From an uncultured Alphaproteobacteria bacterium (GTDB lineage Bacteria > Pseudomonadota > Alphaproteobacteria > CAAHEQ01 > UBA3637): a DNA stretch of 64,000 nucleotides. The stretch spans positions 5,028 to 69,027 of the forward strand of contig CALXZG010000004.1 of assembly GCA_944393195.1 (NCBI GenBank), in the 5' to 3' direction. This document shows positions 56,338-64,000 of this stretch, in pieces. The notes under the pieces are model-generated. The model was not told the origin of the DNA and searched no databases. It worked only from the letters and a program-made list of their open reading frames with translations. The translations under genes were made by a program, and so were the position numbers. Positions within the stretch are counted from its first letter, which is position 1. The number at the start of each line of letters is the position of its first letter.

Positions 56338-57942
56338 TTATCCCTTGGCACCTCCATCAGAACCCCCGGACGAAGATTGAGAAGACGAATCCGTATCGGA
56401 AGATCCAGAAGAATTAGTGTTGCCCCCTGTTTGAACGGGTTGTTCGCCACCGCCTTTGCTATCCGTATGTTGATCGTTTGAAATCGGTGGATTTTTCCCG
56501 CCTTGGGTTTCGTTGTTAGACGGAGGGGGTGGTGTCGGTTCTGGCTTCGGCCCGTTGTTATTATTGTTCTCGTTTGAACCACCGCCAAAGGTTCCCCGCG
56601 GTGCGGGCCCCGGTCCGCCGCCCCCTGAACCGCCACCGCCTTTGTTATCCGTATGTTGATCGTTTGAAATCGGTGGATTTTTCCCGCCTTGGGTTTCGTT
56701 GTTAGACGGCGGGGGTGGTGTCGGTTCTGGCTTCGGCCCGTTGTTATTATTGTTCTCGTTTGAACCACCGCCAAAGGTTCCCCGCGGTGCGGGCCCCGGT
56801 CCGCCGCCCCCTGAACCGCCACCGGTGTTGTTATCAGAGCCGCCTCCGCCGTTACCACCCTGACCGCCACCGGTGTTGTTATCAGAGCCGCCTCCGCCGT
56901 TACCACCCTGACCGCTACCCTTAGACCTATTACGAATAGCGCCGGCCCCGGCACCGATTAATCCGGCGGTTGCCTTGGTCGCATTTCTGGTCAAATTAAT
57001 GGTTTGCGATACATTTTGTGTCATTTGCTTATCCAGTCCGTGTGACGGTGCACCGATAAAGGCGTTAGCCAACGCTTCCGCAGTGCCAAGGAGCTTGAAA
57101 CTCAGAAGCCCGAACGCCAAAGTGATAAAGAATGTCCGGCTGAAACTCATCATATTGGCGGCTTGTTGCGTTTGACCGTTAAGCATGGCTTGGAAAATAT
57201 CTTTTCGTATGTTGTCCGGTTGAATTGCTTCGTTCATTAAAAGCAAAATAAGTGCGACAATGATGCTGAGCGATAAGAAAAAGAACAAGGTACTGACAAA
57301 CATATCCCATGCTTTTTTGGTATAGCCTGCGGTTACCGGAAATACCCATAAGACAATCCACAACGGCATTAAAGCGAAAATAAAGCCCAGTCGGATAAAT
57401 GCATCCAACAGTTTTAGCGGAAACATGACATAAATCAGGAAGAATACCAGGAAAATAAGGGCCCCGATAACAATCGTGACGATTCGATCCCACCAATCAT
57501 CGCATCCCATTTTGATCATCGTTGACCCCAGGGCCATTCCGACCCCTAACGAAGCCGATACATCCTGTAACCAGCAAATCGTTGTTTTTAAAATTTGGCT
57601 GTTACCACTGCCGAGAGCCGTATCAGATGCAAAATTGTCCGTAAAACTACATCCCTCATAGGAAACACCGGCCTCTTTGGCCGCCTGCATTAATTCTAAT
57701 CCACCGATATTGGGGGCGCTTGCCTTTTCCTCAGCCAAAGCAGTCCCGAACGGCATCATGAACAGGATCTCCTTTGTCCCTTTAATTATTGTGTTGTCAG
57801 CATTCCAAGCATTATTCCAAGCATTACTAGAGATCTCCTTTATCCCTTTAATTATTGTGTTGTCAGCCAAAGCAGTCCCGAACGGCATCATGAACAGGAG
57901 GGTTAAACAAATAAATAAAAATGTACGAATTTTATGCAACAT
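56338..57942 (-). CDS. Polytopic membrane protein of the same family with G/N/P/S-rich repetitive C-terminal tail (TrbL-like candidate), 534 aa
   Basis: LKLLDAFIRLGFIFALMPLWIVLWVFPVTAGYTKKAWDMF. The C-terminal ~200 aa are low-complexity with tandem repeats. Signal peptide is duplicated. Confidence 0.5.
   Translation of the reverse strand: MLHKIRTFLFICLTLLFMMPFGTALADNTIIKGIKEISSNAWNNAWNADNTIIKGTKEILFMMPFGTALAEEKASAPNIGGLELMQAAKEAGVSYEGCSFTDNFASDTALGSGNSQILKTTICWLQDVSASLGVGMALGSTMIKMGCDDWWDRIVTIVIGALIFLVFFLIYVMFPLKLLDAFIRLGFIFALMPLWIVLWVFPVTAGYTKKAWDMFVSTLFFFLSLSIIVALILLLMNEAIQPDNIRKDIFQAMLNGQTQQAANMMSFSRTFFITLAFGLLSFKLLGTAEALANAFIGAPSHGLDKQMTQNVSQTINLTRNATKATAGLIGAGAGAIRNRSKGSGQGGNGGGGSDNNTGGGQGGNGGGGSDNNTGGGSGGGGPGPAPRGTFGGGSNENNNNNGPKPEPTPPPPSNNETQGGKNPPISNDQHTDNKGGGGSGGGGPGPAPRGTFGGGSNENNNNNGPKPEPTPPPPSNNETQGGKNPPISNDQHTDSKGGGEQPVQTGGNTNSSGSSDTDSSSQSSSGGSDGGAKG
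56445..56816. repeat. Tandem direct repeat, 2 x 186 nt, near-identical, inside the 56338 gene
   Basis: cgccaccgcctttg[c/t]tatccgtatgttgatcg... recurs at 56445 and 56631. Encodes a 62-aa unit (..GGGSGGGGPGPAPRGTFGGGSNENNNNNGPKPEPTPPPPSNNETQGGKNPPISNDQHTD..). Confidence 0.9.
56821..56916. repeat. Tandem direct repeat, 2 x 48 nt
   Basis: accggtgttgttatcagagccgcctccgccgttaccaccctgaccgc[c/t] occurs twice. Encodes GGQGGNGGGGSDNNTG x2. Confidence 0.9.
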
Positions 57943-57956
57943 GGTTTCCTCCTAAA

Positions 57957-58586
57957 TCAACTGAAACTGAGAATTGTGGTGATGATTTTGCTGCTTAAAC
58001 TTAACGACAATTCCAAAAACGGTGTAATCAATAAACTGAAAATATTATCACCGGCCACCGTGGCGGAAGCGGTTGTAAAGGTTGTCAACAGGGCGGCGGC
58101 GATCATCCCGCGACCGAGCGGTTTGAATAAATCCTGCAAAAACTGCATCAGATTAACTTCTTGTAATTGTATCAACATTTTACCGACTTTAAATAGGATG
58201 ATAAACAAAAGCCCTAAACCCAACAAAATCATGAAAAGATTGCTTAATTCTTTGAAAATGGTTGTGGCTAATTTATTGATGGCGGTTAACAGGCTGGCAA
58301 AGGTGGAGCAAAACCAACATCCACCGTTATTCATATAATCGTTTAGTGTCGTGACAAACAAGGTTTGGTTAGCTTCATTTTTAGCATCCATGGCATCCAT
58401 GATTGCTTTTCCGCTTGTATAAAACCCCGGATCCGGTAACGGGTCTCCTTTCTGGATGGCTTGCTTTTGATGAATGGTTGTGCTTGTCAGGAGGCCGGGA
58501 TTTGCGTATGTTTTCGGCGATGACAGGATTAACAGGATGCCGAGACAAATAATGCTGAGTATTTTTTTCATCCTTTTTCCTTTCAT
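57957..58586 (-). CDS. Short (209 aa) CWFC-motif paralog: signal peptide plus N-terminal module only
   Basis: Signal MKKILSIICLGILLILSSPKTYA. NNGGCWFCSTFASLL...ILLGLGLLFIILFKVG. Confidence 0.55.
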   Translation of the reverse strand: MKGKRMKKILSIICLGILLILSSPKTYANPGLLTSTTIHQKQAIQKGDPLPDPGFYTSGKAIMDAMDAKNEANQTLFVTTLNDYMNNGGCWFCSTFASLLTAINKLATTIFKELSNLFMILLGLGLLFIILFKVGKMLIQLQEVNLMQFLQDLFKPLGRGMIAAALLTTFTTASATVAGDNIFSLLITPFLELSLSLSSKIITTILSFS

Positions 58587-59182
58587 GCGATTAGGGTTTT
58601 GACAACGTAGCTGCTGAGGTTGAGAGCCATTTCTAAAAACGGTGTGATCAACAAACTGAAAATATTATCGTCGGTAACCACGGCAGAAGTGGTTGTAAAA
58701 GTCGTCAGTAGAGCGACGGCGACAATCCCACGGCCGAGCGGTTTAAATAAATCCTGTAAAAACTGGGCGCCATTCACTTCCTGTAATTGAAATGCCATAC
58801 GACCAACCTTAAAAGCAATAACAAATAGCAGGCCGAATCCCAATAAAATCATGGCCAGATTGGCCAAAGCCTTAAACATGGTTGTTGCGATTGTATTAAT
58901 AGCGTTTAATAAAGCGGCAAACATGGGACAGAACCAACAACCACCGTTGTTCATATAACTTTTCAGTGTCGTGACAAACAAGGTTTGGTTAGCTTCATTT
59001 TTAGCATCCATGAGTGCTTTTCCGCTTGTATAAAACCCCGGATCCGGTAACGGGTCTCCTCTCTGGATGGCTTGCGTTTGATGAACGGTTGTGCTTGTCA
59101 GGAGGGCGGGATTTGCGTATGTTTTCGGCGATGACAGGAAAAGCAGAATACCAAAACAAACTATACCGAGTATCTTTGTCAT
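58583..59182 (-). CDS. Short (199 aa) CWFC-motif paralog: signal peptide plus N-terminal module only
   Basis: RBS aaaggagga. Signal MTKILGIVCFGILLFLSSPKTYA. NNGGCWFCPMFAALL...ILLGFGLLFVIAFKVG. Confidence 0.55.
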   Translation of the reverse strand: MTKILGIVCFGILLFLSSPKTYANPALLTSTTVHQTQAIQRGDPLPDPGFYTSGKALMDAKNEANQTLFVTTLKSYMNNGGCWFCPMFAALLNAINTIATTMFKALANLAMILLGFGLLFVIAFKVGRMAFQLQEVNGAQFLQDLFKPLGRGIVAVALLTTFTTTSAVVTDDNIFSLLITPFLEMALNLSSYVVKTLIA

Positions 59183-59359
59183 GTTTTCCTCCTTTTACGT
59201 CATTACCAAACGGGCCGCATAGCGACGCTTATTTTGTGTGTTAATACAGGTTCCTATGTATAGTATATCACATTTTCTGAATTTACCAGCATTTTTTTGT
59301 GGATTATTCAAAAAAAAGAGATATAATAATCATCAGGATGTTGTTTAAGCGGAGGAGAT

Positions 59360-59995
59360 ATGACAATCTCGGAGAAAATTTTTCAGATTTACCAACAATT
59401 TTATGATCAACGGTCGGTTTTGCAGGAGGCTCCTCCTTTGACCGTTAATCCGGCCGTTGTCGGAATGCGTGATTTTCCGGTTGAACAGGCGATGACCGAA
59501 TTAAACGCTTTGGTGTCTTATTTATTGGGACGTGCGGATGTTCGTAAGATTTCTTTCGGTGATGCGTTAAATATTGTGGACAGCGCTTATGCAGATCAAC
59601 CGTTTTGGCGGGATTTGTTGTTGGATTATTTCGATGTTGTTTTATCGCAACGGGAAGAAGCCTATATCCAAAAAGGAAAGGAGTTACAACAACAGTCCGA
59701 GAATGTCATTGATGAAATTGTTCGTTTCGAAGCCAAACGGGCGGCCGTCGTCCGCTTTTTTGCCGATAAAATACGAGAGGCTAAATTTCGTGTGGATGCA
59801 TCATTGTTGGTGTATAACTACATTAAAATGATGGGGCATGATGCGGCTAAGGCTAAGGCCGAAGTGGTGGCTAATCCCGCTTATTTCGCGCCGATTCAGG
59901 TTAAGGATGAAACCGGTCGGAAGGTGTTAACGCCGGCGCAGGCCAGGGAGGAAAACAAGCGTCTCGGGCAATTTTTAAAGAAGCTTTTTGTGTAA
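59360..59995 (+). CDS. Hypothetical protein (helical, no signal peptide)
   Basis: RBS ggaggag. 211 aa. No family recognised. Divergent from the membrane-protein array. Confidence 0.4.
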   Translation: MTISEKIFQIYQQFYDQRSVLQEAPPLTVNPAVVGMRDFPVEQAMTELNALVSYLLGRADVRKISFGDALNIVDSAYADQPFWRDLLLDYFDVVLSQREEAYIQKGKELQQQSENVIDEIVRFEAKRAAVVRFFADKIREAKFRVDASLLVYNYIKMMGHDAAKAKAEVVANPAYFAPIQVKDETGRKVLTPAQAREENKRLGQFLKKLFV

Positions 59996-59996
59996 A

Positions 59997-60025
59997 GTTG
60001 ACAAAAAAGCGGAAGACGTGTATAC
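59997..60025 (+). promoter_or_regulatory. Sigma70-type promoter
   Basis: TTGACA, 17-nt spacer, TATACT, ~35 nt upstream of the 60060 ATG. Confidence 0.55.
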
Positions 60026-60059
60026 TATTCGTAAAAGTATAATATTATAGGAGGTCACA

Positions 60060-61058
60060 ATGGCAAACGAAAATATGGATCCTAATAAACTTGACCAGGG
60101 GAAAGATCCGGTGGGTGATAATATTTCCCCCATGTCGGGTGCGCCAAGCGGTGGTGGAACAGGTGGGACCGAGGAACCTGAAAACCAAGCGGCTTTGGTG
60201 TCCGAAATCGAATCCAAAATGAATATGGTTGAGGCAACGACCGGGGTACGGCCGAACATTGTGCCGACGGAGTATTTTAAAGGGGAAAGAAAAGCCTTCG
60301 ATTTAATTAAGGAGTTGGATAAACAGCTGGAAAAAGCCTTGTCCGCGAAATCTCCGGAGGAGTGGGCGACATCGATGTTTTGGGCGGCGCTCAATTGTCC
60401 GTTTACGACGGCGAATGCTTGGTTGGAGCATCGAAAAGGGGAAAAAGAACGGTTGGATAAAGAATATAAGTCAAATGTTGCCGATTATGAACGCTCTATC
60501 GGTGTTTCGACGATCGATAAATTTATGGCCGGGTGGTCAGAAGTAATGAAAAATTTGCCGCCCGAGTATGGTCGTTATGTTGACAAAGACGGCCGTTTGG
60601 ATAAAAAGGCGATGCCAAAAGGGATGTGGGATGATTTGCGCAAGCAAGTATTTAAAAATCCGACTATTCGGGCTGCGGTTGAGCAAAAAGCCGGGCACTC
60701 TTTCGAAACGAACGAATGGGAAAAAATAACAAAGGGAATGTTTGCGTTCGTTGATGAAAAAGCGCCCCCCATTCTCCCGAATAAGCAGGAGGAGAAAAAG
60801 CCGAAAAAAGAAACAGGAGCGGAAGATTTTAAAAATTTATTTAAAAATTTAAAAGAGGCCGTTGCCGGATTAAATCAAACGGTTTCCGAACTGAAAAACA
60901 TCTTGAAGCGCGGAAAGGATCAGCACAACAATAATCAATCTCATGAAAAAGAGGGTGAACAGTTGCGGAATGATCGGCAGATTTTGAATGACCGGCGTAA
61001 TCGGAACCAGGGTCGAGGCGGACAGACCCAAACGCGGGGACCGGATCGCGGTCGCTAA
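60060..61058 (+). CDS. Hypothetical protein with basic R/N/Q-rich C-terminus
   Basis: RBS aggagg. 332 aa. Gly-rich N-terminus and RGG-like tail. No family recognised. Confidence 0.4.
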   Translation: MANENMDPNKLDQGKDPVGDNISPMSGAPSGGGTGGTEEPENQAALVSEIESKMNMVEATTGVRPNIVPTEYFKGERKAFDLIKELDKQLEKALSAKSPEEWATSMFWAALNCPFTTANAWLEHRKGEKERLDKEYKSNVADYERSIGVSTIDKFMAGWSEVMKNLPPEYGRYVDKDGRLDKKAMPKGMWDDLRKQVFKNPTIRAAVEQKAGHSFETNEWEKITKGMFAFVDEKAPPILPNKQEEKKPKKETGAEDFKNLFKNLKEAVAGLNQTVSELKNILKRGKDQHNNNQSHEKEGEQLRNDRQILNDRRNRNQGRGGQTQTRGPDRGR

Positions 61059-61160
61059 AATCCGTTTTTCGGGAATAAAAGTCGTGTTTTTAACACGGCT
61101 TTTATTTTTTTCTGGTAATTCCGGTTATTTTGGAGTATAAGCGGAACATAAGGAGTTATC

Positions 61161-62246
61161 ATGGCCAAAAATACAGAAAAATCAAGCTGGATACGTATCG
61201 TTTTAACGGGAATTATTTGGTCGTTTGTGTACCTGCAAGGAATGGCTTTACTATGTTATAATATTTTTCGGTTTAATCCGTTGATTTTATCCGAATGGGT
61301 AACATTGGCAAAGCGTTTTATGGCGGGACAATGGGTTATTAATACGGTCAAAGATACGGGATTGTTTGTTTGCCTTATTCTATTTGTTCCGTTGTGGGGA
61401 ATCGGGTGGTATGTTTTGACGCGTGTTCGGTGGGGGCGGTATTTGCCCTCGTTTAAAAGTCGGCGAACGGTTCAACGGCGGATTTTGGGGGATGTTCAGG
61501 CGAAAAAGCCTTTCGCGCCGATGAAGTTGCGGGTTCAATCGTCCGCTTTATTGAGTGTGAATCCGGCCGCAGCTTATTCACAACAGGTCGGTGGTGGGAC
61601 AAAAACAGATGTCGGCGGTGTTTCGCCCGCGCCGGTTTCTTCTTATCCCGATGAAGCGGATATTCAACAAATGTTGCCTTTGGTTCAATCTCCGTCGGTT
61701 GATTTTTTCCCGCATATTTCTTTAAACGGTCATTATGCCGCGTTTGCTTTGTCGACGGAAAATAAGGCGGCGGTTGTTACGTTGATCAACGATCCGGAGG
61801 GGCGGTGGTCGGTTGATACGGATTCTCCGGTAGAAAACAGCGATTGGTATAGTGAAACACGAATTTTACCGGCCCCTTTGTCCGATATTATCCAAATTGC
61901 AGAGCAGTTACGCCAATCGGATAGCGGGGCAACGGCCGTGCCGGTGGCTATCTTAATGTCAGGGACTATGTTAAATGCGGTCGAAGCCAAAACATACCTG
62001 GAAGAAAAAGGAATTGTTTTGACACGATTGGAAGCGGTTGATTCGGATGATATTCCGTTATTTTCCGATTTCATGACATTTTTCTTTGAGTCGGCGGCGG
62101 AAACAGAAGCAATATCCACGGAAGCGGGGGATGAGGCTTTACCGGCGGATGAGGTTATCTCGGACACGAAGGATGAAAACGGGGGCGTTGTTGATGTGGC
62201 GGATGACGAAGATGAAGGTGTCGCCGAACCGGAGGATAACGCATGA
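61161..62246 (+). CDS. Membrane protein (3 N-terminal TM segments) with cytoplasmic domain and acidic tail, unknown function
   Basis: RBS aaggag. TM segments in the first ~95 aa. ATGA overlap with pgpA implies co-transcription. Confidence 0.45.
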   Translation: MAKNTEKSSWIRIVLTGIIWSFVYLQGMALLCYNIFRFNPLILSEWVTLAKRFMAGQWVINTVKDTGLFVCLILFVPLWGIGWYVLTRVRWGRYLPSFKSRRTVQRRILGDVQAKKPFAPMKLRVQSSALLSVNPAAAYSQQVGGGTKTDVGGVSPAPVSSYPDEADIQQMLPLVQSPSVDFFPHISLNGHYAAFALSTENKAAVVTLINDPEGRWSVDTDSPVENSDWYSETRILPAPLSDIIQIAEQLRQSDSGATAVPVAILMSGTMLNAVEAKTYLEEKGIVLTRLEAVDSDDIPLFSDFMTFFFESAAETEAISTEAGDEALPADEVISDTKDENGGVVDVADDEDEGVAEPEDNA

Positions 62247-62737
62247 ACTTAATGCAATTAAAGCGTTCGACAAGGCAGGAAACCGCGGCGTGGTTATTGG
62301 CGACATGGTGGGGTAGCGGGTGTTTTCCAAAAGCCCCCGGAACGGTTGGATCTCTTTGTTCTATTCCATTGGTTTTATTGGCGGTTTGGTTCGGGTTGCC
62401 TGTTTTTTTCTGTGTGACGATAGGTTTGTTTTTCGCCGGTTGGTGGGCCGTGCGTATTGTATTACGCACGCAAAATCGTCAAGATCCCGGTTTTGTTGTC
62501 ATTGATGAAACGGTTGGGCAATCTGTCGCCTTTTTATTGGTTGCAGGCAGCCCGCTTTCGTGGTATACAATACTATGCGGCTTTGCTTTGTTCCGTTTTT
62601 TTGATATCGTTAAAATATGGCCGGCTTCTTTTTTTGACAGATCCGTTCATAATGCTTTCGGTGTCATGATGGATGATGTCATTGCAGGATTATATGCGGC
62701 CGTTGTTTTGTATGGGGTAACGATGTTTGTTTTTTAA
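62243..62737 (+). CDS. pgpA: Phosphatidylglycerophosphatase A
   Basis: FPKAPGTVGSL, FVVIDETVGQ, FRFFDIVKIWP and DDVIAGLYA motifs. Confidence 0.8.
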   Translation: MNLMQLKRSTRQETAAWLLATWWGSGCFPKAPGTVGSLCSIPLVLLAVWFGLPVFFCVTIGLFFAGWWAVRIVLRTQNRQDPGFVVIDETVGQSVAFLLVAGSPLSWYTILCGFALFRFFDIVKIWPASFFDRSVHNAFGVMMDDVIAGLYAAVVLYGVTMFVF

Positions 62738-62754
62738 CAGGAAAGGAAGAAAAA

Positions 62755-62976
62755 ATGGATAAAGAACATTTTAAACATGTTGTGGCATTATATGCCAAAG
62801 CCAAAGGGTATGAATTGTCGCCGTTTGCCGATCGGATTATTAATCGGTGTTTGACGGCGTGTGAAGGGCATTGTCCGTGTGATGTTTCACGGGGATTTTG
62901 TCCGTGTGGCGAACATGAACGTGAAATTGCCGAAATGGGGCATTGTCATTGTAACCTGTTTGTTCAAAAAAAATAA
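62755..62976 (+). CDS. Small Cys-rich protein resembling the ferredoxin-thioredoxin reductase catalytic subunit
   Basis: HCPC..CPC..HCHCNLF arrangement (CPC / CPC / CHC triads), 73 aa. Confidence 0.45.
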   Translation: MDKEHFKHVVALYAKAKGYELSPFADRIINRCLTACEGHCPCDVSRGFCPCGEHEREIAEMGHCHCNLFVQKK

Positions 62977-62989
62977 AAGATATAGTGAA

Positions 62990-63019
62990 AAAAGGGAGGC
63001 AGAAAGCCTCCCTTTTTTA
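62990..63019. terminator. Bidirectional intrinsic terminator between convergent genes
   Basis: gggaggc-agaaa-gcctccc hairpin flanked by aaaaa and tttttt. Confidence 0.75.
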
Positions 63020-63036
63020 TAATGTTCGTATCCCGA

Positions 63037-64000
63037 TTAAACAGGATCTTGGGCCAAGTCGGTAAAGCGACCGTATTCGCCGGAAAAATACAATTTGACC
63101 GTGCCGACGGGGCCGTGCCGTTGCTTGGCGATGATTGCTTCGGCTTGATTGGCAAGTTCAATTTTCTTTTGTTCCCATTCCGCCATGCGTAAGGCGAATT
63201 TTTCCGGTGTTTCGTTTAAATGGCGTTTGGGTTCTTCGTTTTGCAGGTAGTAAATTTCACGGAAAACGAACATAACGATATCGGCATCCTGTTCGATTGA
63301 ACCGGATTCCCGCAAATCGGACAGCATCGGGCGTTTATTGTCGCGTTGTTCGACCAAACGTGATAACTGTGATAAGACGATAACGGGGACATTTAATTCT
63401 TTGGCCATGATTTTAAGGGCCCGCGTCATTTCGGATAATTCCTGAACCCGATTTTCGGAACGGCCGGCGGATGTAATCAATTGTAAATAGTCGATGACAA
63501 TCAAGCCAAGGCCTTTTTCCTTATCCCGTTTCATACGGCGTGCCCGGTTTTTAATGGCGGTTACGGTAATCCCCGGCGTTTCGTCAATATAGAGCGGAAT
63601 GCGGGATAACAGGGAAACACCGGCGGCCAATTCATCAAATTGATCATTCGTTAATTTGCCTGTGCGCATTAAATGGCCGGGAACTTGGGCTTTGGCGGAT
63701 AAAATACGGGTTGCCAATTGTTCGGCCGACATTTCCAGCGAAAAGAAAGCAACCGATTTTTTTTCGGCCCCCGGCTTTTTATTTTCTTCTTCAAATTTTG
63801 CGGCTGCATTAAAGGCAATGGTTATTGCCAGAGCGGATTTACCCATGGCGGGTCGACCGGCCAAGATAATTAAATCGGAATCATGTAAGCCGCCGAGCAA
63901 TTTATCCAAATCCACCAAACCGGTCGTGGTTCCGGCAACACCTGTCGGGTTTTTCATGGCGTTTTCGGTTGAAATCAGAGATTCACGTAACGCGGCATTT
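63037..64000 (-). CDS. dnaB: Replicative DNA helicase DnaB (C-terminal part; gene continues beyond the window end)
   Basis: TGLVDLDKLLGGLHDSDLIILAGRPAMGKSA (Walker A), IVIDYLQL, SQLSR and QRHGP motifs. The frame stays open upstream of the listed ATG to position 64000. Confidence 0.9.
   Translation of the reverse strand, partial: NAALRESLISTENAMKNPTGVAGTTTGLVDLDKLLGGLHDSDLIILAGRPAMGKSALAITIAFNAAAKFEEENKKPGAEKKSVAFFSLEMSAEQLATRILSAKAQVPGHLMRTGKLTNDQFDELAAGVSLLSRIPLYIDETPGITVTAIKNRARRMKRDKEKGLGLIVIDYLQLITSAGRSENRVQELSEMTRALKIMAKELNVPVIVLSQLSRLVEQRDNKRPMLSDLRESGSIEQDADIVMFVFREIYYLQNEEPKRHLNETPEKFALRMAEWEQKKIELANQAEAIIAKQRHGPVGTVKLYFSGEYGRFTDLAQDPV

Noticed and set aside
56445-56916. Repeats examined as a possible CRISPR array.
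   Set aside because: The units are contiguous tandem duplications (186 and 48 nt) with no unique spacers, and they lie in frame inside a coding region.
56316-56954. 212 aa ORF in another frame of the same (minus) strand, with internal repeats (TAEAALITTPVAV...), overlapping the tail of the 56338 gene.
   Set aside because: It is an alternative-frame ORF created by the GC-rich tandem repeats of the well-supported 56338..57942 frame. It has no RBS and is entirely overlapped.

Overview
Compact, gene-dense bacterial chromosomal window. The core looks alphaproteobacteria-like: miaB, lpxC, yejBEF, F1 ATP synthase genes in atpH-A-G-D-C order, lnt, an alpha/mitochondrial-type L36, tsaB-rimI, rsmE, pgpA and dnaB. 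There are also anaerobe-style redox genes (Fur/PerR-rubrerythrin, FMN reductase, DUF362). Canonical TTGACA-17-TATAnT promoters and hairpin plus T-run terminators can be read directly. Two tRNAs are present (Lys-CUU, Thr-UGU). I saw no rRNA, CRISPR array, integrase or transposase. Three accessory blocks stand out. (1) 18.3-28.3 kb holds an intact, tightly packed ~10 kb T7-like head/tail/packaging/lysis cassette: portal, scaffold, capsid, gp11- and gp12-like tail proteins, TerL, SleB-type endolysin and holin-like proteins. It has no replication, integration, fibre or ejection-protein genes and sits next to a divergent LexA/CI-type S24 repressor, so it is a candidate domesticated particle or GTA-like element. 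(2) 47.6-59.2 kb is a two-operon minus-strand locus. It starts with a tandem array of five paralogous polytopic membrane proteins sharing a CW[PF]C loop motif and an FIRLG..P..FP..W block (VirB6/TrbL-like from memory). A dual-HTH/S24-like regulator, two acidic orphans, a secretin-N0-like exported protein and a proline-rich bitopic protein follow. No ATPase is visible, and a divergent orphan operon lies at 59.4-62.2 kb. (3) AT-rich islets lie near 32 kb (pilin-like, Cys-rich, lectin-like protein) and at 41.7-43.9 kb beside tRNA-Lys (a T4-lysozyme-like gene split by one in-frame TAA). In addition, ATP synthase alpha carries the C-terminal part of delta fused to its N-terminus, and there is no separate atpH. 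All family assignments come from motif recognition by eye and memory; no searches were run.
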